Source: an uncultured Oscillospiraceae bacterium
GTDB lineage: Bacteria > Bacillota > Clostridia > Oscillospirales > Oscillospiraceae
Length of the DNA stretch: 64,000 nt
Reading direction: 5' to 3'
Assembly: GCA_934630495.1 (NCBI GenBank)
Contig: CAKTVW010000007.1
Coordinates: 1,828 to 65,827 of the forward strand
Shown: one piece after another, positions 37,074 to 46,604 of the stretch
How the letters are laid out: each line of letters begins with the position of its first letter
Numbering within the stretch: position 1 is the first letter of the stretch
Made by a program: the position numbers and the translations under genes
The notes under the pieces: model-generated
The model's database searches: none
Seen by the model: the letters and a program-made list of their open reading frames with translations, nothing else
Told to the model about the DNA's origin: nothing

Positions 37074-37868
37074 TTAGCTCCTCTCAAATTCAAATCTTTG
37101 ATCTGCGTATAAAAGTCTCTCCGCCAATGCGTTCCACTGCGGGTCGTTCAGGCTGTTTTCCAAAACGACCGCACCGGCGGCGGTCTGCGCCGTCCGAAGC
37201 CCGGCAAGCTCCAAGCGGCGGCGCGTCTCCTTGGCCGTGCCCTCCGCGCCGTCAAAAAAGTGCATTTCCTTTCCGAACACCGCGTTGATCGCGCACTTGA
37301 GAAACGGAAAATGCGTGCAGCCCAGCACGACGGCATCGGGCGCGGGCGACAGGACGCCTGCAAGCTCGCGCCGAAGCACATTTTCCAGCGCCGTTCCGGT
37401 CAGCTCGCCGCGCTCGACAAATTCTACAAGCTCCGGACACGGACATTTGAAGATCGTACAGCTCCCGGCGCAGTCGGCCATCAGCGCGGCAAATTTTTTC
37501 TCGCGCAGTGTCGCCTCCGTCGCCATGACCGCGATCCTGCCGCGCGGATAGCAGGCCAGCGCGGGCTTGAGCGCAGGCTCGATACCGATGACGATCCTCT
37601 GCGGATAGATCGCGCGCAGCTCATTGATCGCCGCCGAGGTCGCAGTGTTGCAGGCAACAACGAGCGCTTTCGCGCCGTCTGCAAACAATCGCTCCGCATG
37701 GCGCAGCGTCAGGGCGCGGATGTCCTCGGTGGTGCGGCTGCCGTAGGGCGCGTTGGCGGAGTCCCCGAAATAATGAAAGCGCTCCTCCGGCATCAGGCGG
37801 CGCAGCGCCCGAAGCACACTGATACCGCCAAGGCCGGAATCGAACACGGCGATCGGCCGTTCGTCCAT
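37074..37868 (-). CDS. murI: Glutamate racemase
   Basis: IAVFDSGLGGISV, the CNTA Cys motif and the GCTHFP second Cys motif. Confidence 0.88.
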   Translation of the reverse strand: MDERPIAVFDSGLGGISVLRALRRLMPEERFHYFGDSANAPYGSRTTEDIRALTLRHAERLFADGAKALVVACNTATSAAINELRAIYPQRIVIGIEPALKPALACYPRGRIAVMATEATLREKKFAALMADCAGSCTIFKCPCPELVEFVERGELTGTALENVLRRELAGVLSPAPDAVVLGCTHFPFLKCAINAVFGKEMHFFDGAEGTAKETRRRLELAGLRTAQTAAGAVVLENSLNDPQWNALAERLLYADQRFEFERS

Positions 37869-37894
37869 AGCCGCGCCTCCCTCCAAAATTGATT

Positions 37895-38674
37895 TTACTG
37901 CGGATGATATGCGTAGACTTCGATGGAGTCGACCTGTTCCGCGCGGATATCCTCCGGGAGCATGAAGTCGCTCAGCTCAAACTCCTTCGTCTCGCCCGCC
38001 TTCAGCGTTTCGGTCAGATAGGTGTAGAGCACGGCGACGAGCTTTCCGTCCTTGTCGCGCAGCACTGCCGCGACACAGGCAAGCGGCTCGTCCGCGCCGC
38101 TGTCGTTGCGGACCTTACCCGTCAGCGTCAGGCCGCCGTAGCGCGAATCGGCCAGTTTGCTCTCCGACACGGCATAGCGCAGCGGCTCGTCAAGCTCCGC
38201 CTGCGCGATCTCGGCATCGAGCGACACCTCCGGCGCTCCGTCGAAGGCCGTGTCAAGGCGCGTCTCCTCGTAGTAGCAGCCCTGCTCTCCCGGTGCGATC
38301 ACCGGAGGGAATGCGGCCACATCCTGCAAAACGCCCAGCTCCTCGCCGTCTCCGCTGAGCGTCAGCGACGCGTAGGGCAGGGCCAGCGGCGTTTCGCTGA
38401 GATTTTTGACCGTAACCCACGCCTGCACCCACGTTACGCCCAGCTCGTCGCGATAGAGGCGGCAGGACTGCTCGGTAAGCTCAAACGGCTTCTGCTCCTG
38501 CGTCGGCTCCGGCGCATCGGTCGGTTCGGCGCTCGGCTCGGTATAAGCCGTAGGCGGCTCAACGCTCGGTTCAGAGACCGTCGTCTCGACCGGTTCGGGC
38601 TTATTGACGTTATTGCAGGCAGTCAGGGCTGTCAGCAGTCCTACCGCCAGGATCAGGCAGATCAGTCGTTTCAT
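37895..38674 (-). CDS. Lipoprotein (hypothetical)
   Basis: Trimmed to MKRLICLILAVGLLTALTAC (lipobox), followed by a Pro/Glu/Thr-rich linker. Confidence 0.55.
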   Translation of the reverse strand: MKRLICLILAVGLLTALTACNNVNKPEPVETTVSEPSVEPPTAYTEPSAEPTDAPEPTQEQKPFELTEQSCRLYRDELGVTWVQAWVTVKNLSETPLALPYASLTLSGDGEELGVLQDVAAFPPVIAPGEQGCYYEETRLDTAFDGAPEVSLDAEIAQAELDEPLRYAVSESKLADSRYGGLTLTGKVRNDSGADEPLACVAAVLRDKDGKLVAVLYTYLTETLKAGETKEFELSDFMLPEDIRAEQVDSIEVYAYHPQ

Positions 38675-38824
38675 GATAGCATACTCCTTTCGGTCCTTTC
38701 CAGTGGGAAACGGACGGTATGAATATCGGACGTTCAAACGGGAAAAAGGTTCCCGCCTCCACATCATACCACATTTCGGCCTGTTTGAAAAGAATTTTCG
38801 CAGAAAAAGTCCGAAAAAAGCGCT

Positions 38825-38853
38825 TGACAACCGGGAAGCAGGGTGCTATAATA
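38825..38853 (+). promoter_or_regulatory. Promoter of the infC-rpmI-rplT operon
   Basis: TTGACA, 17 nt, TATAAT. Confidence 0.6.
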
Positions 38854-39006
38854 ATTCAGCAAAATGAAGAAGGTCGGCGGCCCGTCCTCACCTCCAGCGA
38901 TGCAAAGAGGTTGAATATCGATCATGACGCGCGGAAGTGCGCGGCGTTCGATGCGGGTGCTGTCGGCATCCGCAATTTTTTGTCGTGTAAATGGAGGTGC
39001 TTTACC
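38854..39006 (+). promoter_or_regulatory. 5' leader of infC, possibly an L20-responsive leader
   Basis: About 150-nt untranslated leader between the promoter and infC. In Firmicutes this position holds the L20 leader, but the fold was not verified here. Confidence 0.3.
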
Positions 39007-39525
<519 letters not shown>

Positions 39526-39544
39526 TTACAAAGGAGAAGTACCC

Positions 39545-39742
39545 ATGCCGAAACTGAAGACCCACAGCGGTGCAAAGAAGAGATTCAATCTCACCAAGAC
39601 CGGCAAGGTCAAGAGAGCACACGCATTTAAGAGCCATATCCTCACCAAGAAGGACACCAAGCGCGGCCGCCGCCTGAGAAGCACGACCTACGCGGATGTC
39701 ACCAATACGGAAGCCATCAAAAAGATGATCCCGTACAAATAA
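39545..39742 (+). CDS. rpmI: 50S ribosomal protein L35
   Basis: 65 aa, [14 protein letters not shown]. Confidence 0.92.
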   Translation: MPKLKTHSGAKKRFNLTKTGKVKRAHAFKSHILTKKDTKRGRRLRSTTYADVTNTEAIKKMIPYK

Positions 39743-39762
39743 TCGGATAGGAGGATTTACAA

Positions 39763-40116
39763 ATGGCAAGAATTAAAGGCGCGATGATGACGCGCAAGAG
39801 AAGAAATAAGACTCTGAAGCTCGCAAAGTCCTACTGGGGTTCCAAGTCCACCCACTTCAAGATGGCGAAGCAGGCCGTCAAGAAGTCCGGCGTTTACGCA
39901 TACATCGGCCGCAAGCAGAAGAAGCGCGACTTCCGCCGTCTGTGGATCGCCCGTATCTCCGCAGCCGTGAAGCCCTACGACATGAACTACTCCCGTTTCA
40001 TGAACGGTCTGAAGAAGGCCGGTATCGAAATGAACCGCAAGAGCCTGTCGGAAATGGCGATCAACGATGCCGCCGCATTCGGCGCACTGGTCGAAACCGC
40101 CAAGAAGGCACTGTAA
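39763..40116 (+). CDS. rplT: 50S ribosomal protein L20
   Basis: 117 aa, [16 protein letters not shown]... Confidence 0.92.
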   Translation: MARIKGAMMTRKRRNKTLKLAKSYWGSKSTHFKMAKQAVKKSGVYAYIGRKQKKRDFRRLWIARISAAVKPYDMNYSRFMNGLKKAGIEMNRKSLSEMAINDAAAFGALVETAKKAL

Positions 40117-40132
40117 TTATACGCATATCCGA

Positions 40133-40169
40133 AAGGAGAGAAGCCGATGCTTCTCTCCTTCCGTTTTTC
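40133..40169 (+). terminator. Terminator after rplT
   Basis: AAGGAGAGAAGC-CGAT-GCTTCTCTCCTT followed by CCGTTTTTC. Confidence 0.7.
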
Positions 40170-40232
40170 TGCGCTGTTTTCGCTTCTGCAATAATAAAAG
40201 AGCCTGCCGACGGTGAAGTGCGGCAGACTCTT

Positions 40233-40383
40233 ATACTGATTCTTGATTAAAAGATTTAATCAAGAATCCCGTGTGCTACGCACACTCGCATCGTGCGAAA
40301 GCACGCTGCGCCGTCTCATGCAGAATCTGACGCGCCCTTGGCGCTATAAAAAGCTTTTCAAGCTTTTTAACAGATTCTAGTAT
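40233..40383 (+). repeat. 151-bp structured dispersed repeat, copy B
   Basis: Identical to 46349-46499 and to the reverse complement of 28690-28840. Confidence 0.95.
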
Positions 40384-40404
40384 TATTATTCAGATAAGAG
40401 AGGC

Positions 40405-41661
40405 TTATTCTCTTCGCAGGGCGTCGATCGGATTCAGCTTCGAGGCCTTGACTGCCGGGAAGAAGCCGAACACAAGGCCGATCAGCACCGAGAACAGCGT
40501 TGCGGCAAAAATCGCGGGAACGCTGATTGCCGTCGGCGTATCGGCAAACTTGGAGATCAGCTCCGAAAGTCCGATGCCGCCCAGAACGCCCAGCACGCCG
40601 CCGATGCCCGTCAGGACGGCCGCCTCGGTCAGAAACTGCGCAAGAATGCGGCGGCGCTTCGCGCCGATCGCCTTTTTCAGGCCGATCTCACCGGTACGCT
40701 CCGTGACGGTCACCAGCATGATGTTCATAACGCCGACGCCGCCGACCGCCAGAGAGATCATGGCGATCCAGATAAGCTGACGGTTGGTCGCGCTGCTCAT
40801 CTCCTGAAGCTGTTCGGCCTGCTTGAGAAGGTCGTTGTTGCGATAGCTGAAGCCGTCCTTGGAGGACTTTTCCGCGATCTGATGCTCGGTCAGGTAATCG
40901 GCGACCGCCTTGCCTGCCGTCGTCATCTCGTCCGTCGAAGCGGTCCGCACGCAAACGCTCTGCGGCTCGTCAAAGCGGAACGGAATTGCCCACGCCGAAT
41001 CGGGAAGGAAGATCTTTCCGCTGTTGTTGACCGCGTAGGAGGCATAATCCTGAATGGAATTGATGACCGGCTTGAAATTTCTCGACAGCGCCGCCACGCC
41101 GATCACGCAATAGGCGTCCTGCTGCAGCTCGATCGTCTTGCCGATGGGGTTTTCCGTGCCGAAGGCCGCCTTTGCCGCCGTTTCGTCAAGAATGACATTC
41201 TTGCGGCAGTTGGCATAGTCCTGCGCGTTGAAATCGCGGCCAAGCTTGATCTGGTAGCCGTTCACGGAAAAGAAGCTGTCGTCAATACCGTAGACCGCGC
41301 CGCTGATGGACGCGTCCTGATAATAGGCGTTCGCGGAATCGCGCATCCGATAGAGGCTGACGTCCTCGACGCCGTCGAGCTTGCGCATCTCGTCGCGCTG
41401 CTTGGGATCGATCACCTTGACGCCGACCGGGATGGAATTGTAGGACATTTCATAGGTGCTGTCATTCTGATAGAGCTGCACCGTCACCACGTTGTTGCCC
41501 GCGCCGATCAGGTTTTCCTTGATCTGCTCATTGGTGCCCTTGATGGTGGAAATGATCGTGATAATGGAGGCAATGCCGATAATAATGCCCAGCATCGTCA
41601 GGAAGGAACGCAGCTTGTGCGTAAAAATGCCCTGAAAGGCCTGCGATATACTTTCAAACAC
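40405..41661 (-). CDS. ABC transporter permease, MacB/FtsX type
   Basis: Probable GTG start at 41661, 6 nt after AGGAGG. FtsX-like C-terminal TM bundle and a large extracytoplasmic loop. Confidence 0.8.
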   Translation of the reverse strand: MFESISQAFQGIFTHKLRSFLTMLGIIIGIASIITIISTIKGTNEQIKENLIGAGNNVVTVQLYQNDSTYEMSYNSIPVGVKVIDPKQRDEMRKLDGVEDVSLYRMRDSANAYYQDASISGAVYGIDDSFFSVNGYQIKLGRDFNAQDYANCRKNVILDETAAKAAFGTENPIGKTIELQQDAYCVIGVAALSRNFKPVINSIQDYASYAVNNSGKIFLPDSAWAIPFRFDEPQSVCVRTASTDEMTTAGKAVADYLTEHQIAEKSSKDGFSYRNNDLLKQAEQLQEMSSATNRQLIWIAMISLAVGGVGVMNIMLVTVTERTGEIGLKKAIGAKRRRILAQFLTEAAVLTGIGGVLGVLGGIGLSELISKFADTPTAISVPAIFAATLFSVLIGLVFGFFPAVKASKLNPIDALRRE

Positions 41662-41675
41662 CGTGCTTCCTCCTC

Positions 41676-43292
41676 TCAATAAGACGCCTTATTGGTAAAC
41701 TCTTCCGCGTCGGTCTCAACGGTCTTTGCGCCGTCCTTGACCTCCTTGCCGTAGGGGAACGCGACCCAGTCGTCCTCGGTCAGTCCGCTGTAGATCGCCG
41801 TATACTCTCCCCAGAGGATCGCGCCCGTCTTGACATAGGTCTTGACCAGCGTTCCGTCCTCACCGCGCTTATAGACATAGGCACGGCCGTTTTCGCTGCG
41901 GATGAACATATTGTTCAGATACATTGCCGACTCCGTCGCGCCGCTTTGCATGACCACGCTGACATAGCTGTCCTCGACAAGCTGCGCATCGGCCGGGACC
42001 GCAACGACCGCATTATAGAGCGTTACATTCGGGTTGCCGTTTCCGTTATAGTAGCCGTTGACCGGTGTATCGGAAATCGATTCGATCGTGCCCTCGACCG
42101 TAGTCGAGCCGCTCATCCACGACTCGACGGTGACCGGCGTGCCGAGCGGCAGCGTCTCGCGTTCAAATTCGCCGATGGCGATGTTGACATAGTAGCAGCC
42201 GCCGCCGGAAACGGTCAGGAAGGCGCTCCCCTCACTGCGGGCGGTATCGGCATCGACCAGACGCGTCACCGTGCCGTCCACCTTGGAATAAAGCGTGCCG
42301 TTGGAGGCCTCTGCCTCCATGCGCTCCGCCTCGACCTGCTCCATGCGGTAGGTAAGCTCCAGATCACGGATCTCCTTCTGCTTTTCGTTGCGCATCTGCG
42401 CGATCTCCGCGGCGGTATAGCCGGAGCTGTCGTCGACCCACGGATCGGGATCGACACCGGGCTTGTCATTGTTATTATCGTCGTCGGGCATATCCTCCGG
42501 CGTGAAGAACGAATAGACCAGCGTCCTGACGGTCGTCGGCTCCTGCGTCGGCTCCGTCGGTTCGGCGGGATCGGCAGGCTCCTGCGTCGGCTCGGTCGGG
42601 TCGATCACCGTCGTCCGGACCGTCACACGCAGGCCCCACCGGCTGATAAGCTCCGCGTTCAGCGCGTTCTGCTCGCGGATTTCGAAGGCAAAATATGCCT
42701 CATCGGCATCCTTGAGGTACTGCATGAGAAACGCTTCGTCATACGTCAGCTCTTCCGACCACAGGAAGCGGTACGGACTCTCCTGCGTACCCTTGCCACC
42801 CATAAAATAGGGAAGCTCCTCGATCGGCTCCGGCTTTTCCGTAGGCGGCTCCGTCGGCGGGACCGTCACGGGGGGCGGCGTGTAGGGCTTCATGGCGTTG
42901 ATTTTCGCCAATTCCTTTTTTGCCTGCTCCACGCTGAGCTTCGCCTGCTGGACCTTGATCTTCTGCCGTTCGAGCTGGATGTCGGAAAGCGTCGTGTCGT
43001 AGCGAAGCAGCGCGTCGCCCTTTTTGACCGTCTGGCCCTCGGTGACCAGCACCTCCGTCACCGTCTGCGTATTGCTGAGGTAAACGGATTGCAGATTATC
43101 GGCCGTGACGCGGCCGTCGTAATACCGGCCGCCGTCATAATAGCCCGTCGTAAAGTTCGATACCCGCGTCACCTTGACCGGGTCGGTGTTGCGTCCGACG
43201 GCCCAGACGATGCCGACCACGATCGCCGCGACCAGCACCAGGCTGACGGCGCTGATGATAACGGCCTTGATTCCCTTACGCATCCTCGCCAC
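41676..43292 (-). CDS. HlyD/MacA-type membrane-fusion (adaptor) protein 2
   Basis: 538 aa. N-terminal TM anchor, lipoyl-like VTEGQTVKKGDALLRYD and a coiled coil. The start is ambiguous (GTG at 43292 or ATG at 43283). Confidence 0.75.
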   Translation of the reverse strand: MARMRKGIKAVIISAVSLVLVAAIVVGIVWAVGRNTDPVKVTRVSNFTTGYYDGGRYYDGRVTADNLQSVYLSNTQTVTEVLVTEGQTVKKGDALLRYDTTLSDIQLERQKIKVQQAKLSVEQAKKELAKINAMKPYTPPPVTVPPTEPPTEKPEPIEELPYFMGGKGTQESPYRFLWSEELTYDEAFLMQYLKDADEAYFAFEIREQNALNAELISRWGLRVTVRTTVIDPTEPTQEPADPAEPTEPTQEPTTVRTLVYSFFTPEDMPDDDNNNDKPGVDPDPWVDDSSGYTAAEIAQMRNEKQKEIRDLELTYRMEQVEAERMEAEASNGTLYSKVDGTVTRLVDADTARSEGSAFLTVSGGGCYYVNIAIGEFERETLPLGTPVTVESWMSGSTTVEGTIESISDTPVNGYYNGNGNPNVTLYNAVVAVPADAQLVEDSYVSVVMQSGATESAMYLNNMFIRSENGRAYVYKRGEDGTLVKTYVKTGAILWGEYTAIYSGLTEDDWVAFPYGKEVKDGAKTVETDAEEFTNKASY

Positions 43293-43968
43293 CCGCCTTT
43301 CGTTCGTGATACAGAATGCCGTCGCGGATGAAATTGATCTTTCTGGCCCGCTGCGCGATCTCCAGCTCGTGGGTAATCATGATAATGGATGTTCCCTCAT
43401 CGTTGAGCTGATCGAAAATATCCATGATCTGATGTCCGGCGGCGGTATCCAGCGCGCCGGTCGGTTCGTCGGCAAGCAGCAGCTTCGGCTTGCCCACGAT
43501 CGCGCGGGCAATGGCCACGCGCTGGCACTGACCGCCGGAAAGCTGATTCGAGCGGAAGTTCAGGCGTTCGCCGAGCCCCATGCGCGTCAGCGCCTCGGCT
43601 GCGCGCTCGCGGCGCTCCTTTTTCGGCACACCGGCATAGAGCAGCGGCAGCGCCACATTATCCACGGCGCTCAGCTTCGGCAGCAGATAAAAGCTCTGAA
43701 ACACGAATCCGAGCACCCGGTTACGCACTTCGGCAAGGTGGTTGACCGTTGCGTTTTGCAGATTTTCTCCGTTGAGGAGGTATTCGCCGCTGGTCGGAAC
43801 GTCAAGGCAGCCGATGAGGTTCATCAGCGTCGTCTTGCCGCTTCCCGAGGGGCCCATAATGGCGAGATAGTCGCCCTCCTGCACCTGCAGACAGACGTCC
43901 TTCAGAACGCGGACCGTTTCGCGTCCCTGCGGGTAGTCCTTGCAGATGTTGTTCATCTCTACGAGCAT
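43276..43968 (-). CDS. ABC transporter ATP-binding protein (MacB-type ATPase)
   Basis: Walker A GPSGSGKTT, signature LSGGQCQR and Walker B LLLADEPT. Confidence 0.88.
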   Translation of the reverse strand: MLVEMNNICKDYPQGRETVRVLKDVCLQVQEGDYLAIMGPSGSGKTTLMNLIGCLDVPTSGEYLLNGENLQNATVNHLAEVRNRVLGFVFQSFYLLPKLSAVDNVALPLLYAGVPKKERRERAAEALTRMGLGERLNFRSNQLSGGQCQRVAIARAIVGKPKLLLADEPTGALDTAAGHQIMDIFDQLNDEGTSIIMITHELEIAQRARKINFIRDGILYHERKAGGEDA

Positions 43969-45302
43969 CAGCCGACTCCTCCCTCCACGACGGGAGCTTC
44001 GCCGCCGTCAACAACGCCGCCTTCCTCTTTGCCACTCATGCCGCCTTCAATAACACCACCATCAACAACGCCGCCGTCGAAATTGCCGTCGAAATCGGCC
44101 GCGTCGTCGATCACGCCATTGTTGTCGCCGTCGGTGCTGTCGTCCGGCTCCGGCAGGGTATCGGTCACGGGTGCGCCCTCCTGCAGGCTGTCGGACGGAA
44201 CGGCAATGCGGTCGTCCTCGGTCAGGCCGCTCAGGATCTCATACTGATAGAGCGCTTCGTCCAGCTCTCCGACGGTGATCGCGCGCTTTTCCAGCTTGTC
44301 GCGCTTGTCGGCAGCCCAGACATAGCAGCTTCCGTCGTCCTCGACAACAACAAAGGAAGCGTCGAGACGAAGTCCCTGCGTCTGGTCGTTCTGGCCGTTA
44401 TCCGGTTCAATGTACAAATGCTGCCCGAGGATCAGGCCGTCCGTACCGTCCAGCTCTACATAGAAGGGATAGCTGCTGGAGGAGGTCATCTCGTCGCTGC
44501 TGCCGTCGTAATAATAGCCGTAGCCGCTGTTGCTGTTGTCCGCCGGATTTTCGTCGATCTCGCTGACAGTACCGGTCCACGTCTGCGTGCTGTCCGTGCG
44601 GGAGCGCAGGATCACGCGCTGCCCGACATAAAACTCGCTACGGTTAAGCTCGTTTGTCTTGCCCTTGACGCGGTACGCGCCGCTCTGAATGAGGGTGATA
44701 TACGGCAGCGGCTGACCGGTATAGTCGTCGTAGCCGCCGTTTTCGTTGATGGCCTTTACCGTGCCGTCGATGGTCGCCTTGACCTCGCCGCTGACATCCT
44801 CGTTTTGCAGCGCTTCAAGGTCCTTTTCCTTGACCGTGATGTTATACTGCGCTTCCTTGCGGTCGGCCTCCAGCGCCTGAATTTGAACGGTATAGCCGAG
44901 CTTCTCGGATTCCGGCGCAGAATTTCGGCTCTTTTCCAGCTCGGCGATCTGCTTGCCGTAATCGGTCACGTTGTTCTTGAGCTGCTCGATCTCAAGCTTT
45001 GCCTTGTCGATATTGAGCCGCATCTGATCGGTGTCGTAGACAAACAGGACATCGCCCGTCTTGACCGCTTGGCCGACCTCGACCTTCAGCTCGCTGACCT
45101 TGCGATCGCTGTCCTTTTCGATCTTGACCTCGTTCTGCGCGGTAACGACACCGGCGCTGATATTGAACTCACCCATGTCGCCGTAGCCCATGATCGAAGA
45201 GACCGACTGGACATAGACAGGGGTCAGGTCGGAACCGCAGCCCGCCAGCAGACAGACCGTCAGCACCAGCGTCATGAGCAGAGCAAATCCTCGTGTTTTC
45301 AT
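43968..45302 (-). CDS. HlyD-type adaptor lipoprotein 1 with a Gly/Asp/Val-rich C-terminal tail
   Basis: Track ORF trimmed to MKTRGFALLMTLVLTVCLLAGC (lipobox) after GGAGG. Lipoyl-like VEVGQAVKTGDVLFVYD and a coiled coil. Tail: DFDGNFDGGVVDGGVIEGG... Confidence 0.75.
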   Translation of the reverse strand: MKTRGFALLMTLVLTVCLLAGCGSDLTPVYVQSVSSIMGYGDMGEFNISAGVVTAQNEVKIEKDSDRKVSELKVEVGQAVKTGDVLFVYDTDQMRLNIDKAKLEIEQLKNNVTDYGKQIAELEKSRNSAPESEKLGYTVQIQALEADRKEAQYNITVKEKDLEALQNEDVSGEVKATIDGTVKAINENGGYDDYTGQPLPYITLIQSGAYRVKGKTNELNRSEFYVGQRVILRSRTDSTQTWTGTVSEIDENPADNSNSGYGYYYDGSSDEMTSSSSYPFYVELDGTDGLILGQHLYIEPDNGQNDQTQGLRLDASFVVVEDDGSCYVWAADKRDKLEKRAITVGELDEALYQYEILSGLTEDDRIAVPSDSLQEGAPVTDTLPEPDDSTDGDNNGVIDDAADFDGNFDGGVVDGGVIEGGMSGKEEGGVVDGGEAPVVEGGVG

Positions 45303-45400
45303 AGAATTACCTCCATTGCGTTTATGAACGTGTATATGACGAAGTTTTTTTGAAAATGTTCCGACCCGACGAAAAAAATTTCTATCCGCAGACGGTTGCT

Positions 45401-46228
45401 TCAGGGATTCCCCAAAATTTCGGCGACCGTCGGCTCCAGCTCGGACGTGTCCAGCTCCTCGGCGCGGCCGCTGTCGCAGGCCTCCGCAACGGTGGGGTCG
45501 ATCGGCAGGCGGGCCAGCACGGGAAGATGGTACTCCTCCGCGATCCTTGCAAGGTGGCTCTCGCCGAAGACCGCGTGGCGCTTCCCGCAGTCCGGGCAGC
45601 GGAAATAGCTGTAGTTCTCCACCACGCCCAGAACGGGCACCTGCATCATATTCGCCATTTTCACGGCCTTGGAGACGATCACGGAGACCAGCTCCTGCGG
45701 GGTCGTAACGATAATGATACCGTCGACGGGGAGGGACTGAAACACCGTCAGCGGCACGTCGCCCGTTCCGGGAGGCATATCCACAAACAGGCAGTCCACA
45801 TCCTGCCACACCACGTCCGTCCAGAACTGCTTGACCGCGCCCGCAATAACGGGGCCGCGCCAGAGAACGGGGTCGTCCTCATGATCCAGCAGCAGATTGA
45901 TCGACATGATCTGAATGCCGCTCTTACTGAGAGCCGGGTAAATTCCTTCCTCGTCCGCACCGGCACACTCGCAGACGCCGAAGGCTCTGGGAATCGACGG
46001 GCCTGTGATATCCGCGTCGAGGATCGCTGTGCGCTTCCCGCTCTTCTGCACGGCTGCGGCCAGCATAGAGGTGACCGTGCTCTTGCCGACGCCGCCCTTG
46101 CCCGATACGACGGCAATGACCTTTTTGACCTTGGAACGCTCGTTCAGCTCCGCAAGCAGGCTTTCCGGCTTGCGCTCGGCGCAGCTTTCGCCGCAGGATG
46201 AGCAATTCCCGCTGCATTGTTCGCTCAT
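45401..46228 (-). CDS. Mrp/NBP35-family Fe-S cluster carrier ATPase
   Basis: Trimmed to MSEQCSGNCSSCGESC. Deviant Walker A SGKGGVGKST and a C-terminal CPDC motif. Confidence 0.8.
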   Translation of the reverse strand: MSEQCSGNCSSCGESCAERKPESLLAELNERSKVKKVIAVVSGKGGVGKSTVTSMLAAAVQKSGKRTAILDADITGPSIPRAFGVCECAGADEEGIYPALSKSGIQIMSINLLLDHEDDPVLWRGPVIAGAVKQFWTDVVWQDVDCLFVDMPPGTGDVPLTVFQSLPVDGIIIVTTPQELVSVIVSKAVKMANMMQVPVLGVVENYSYFRCPDCGKRHAVFGESHLARIAEEYHLPVLARLPIDPTVAEACDSGRAEELDTSELEPTVAEILGNP

Positions 46229-46348
46229 GTTGTTACTTCCTTTCCAGCACAATGTTGCATCCGGATCGCATCATGGCGGACAGTCCTTACGATCATCCTA
46301 CCATTCAAATTTTTAAGAATCAATCCGGTAAAGCTTAAGATTTGTTTA

Positions 46349-46499
46349 ATACTGATTCTTGATTAAAAGATTTAATCAAGAATCCCGTGTGCTACGCACA
46401 CTCGCATCGTGCGAAAGCACGCTGCGCCGTCTCATGCAGAATCTGACGCGCCCTTGGCGCTATAAAAAGCTTTTCAAGCTTTTTAACAGATTCTAGTAT
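46349..46499 (+). repeat. 151-bp structured dispersed repeat, copy C
   Basis: Identical to 40233-40383. Lies between the mrp start and the ABC-F gene end. Confidence 0.95.
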
Positions 46500-46604
46500 A
46501 ATACCAAAAACAATTCATGTTTTCATCAGGGTTCGGTATGGGGCTTCGTGATAAGCGGAGTATAGCAAGGTTATTATCGTTTGTCAATAAATATTTTCCG
46601 TTTT

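Noticed and set aside
45303-45809. N-terminal extension of about 170 aa on the adaptor-lipoprotein ORF 43968..45809.
   Set aside because: The extension overlaps the mrp gene on the same strand in another frame and is Arg/Gly-rich. A GGAGG RBS plus a lipoprotein signal peptide begin at the ATG at 45302.
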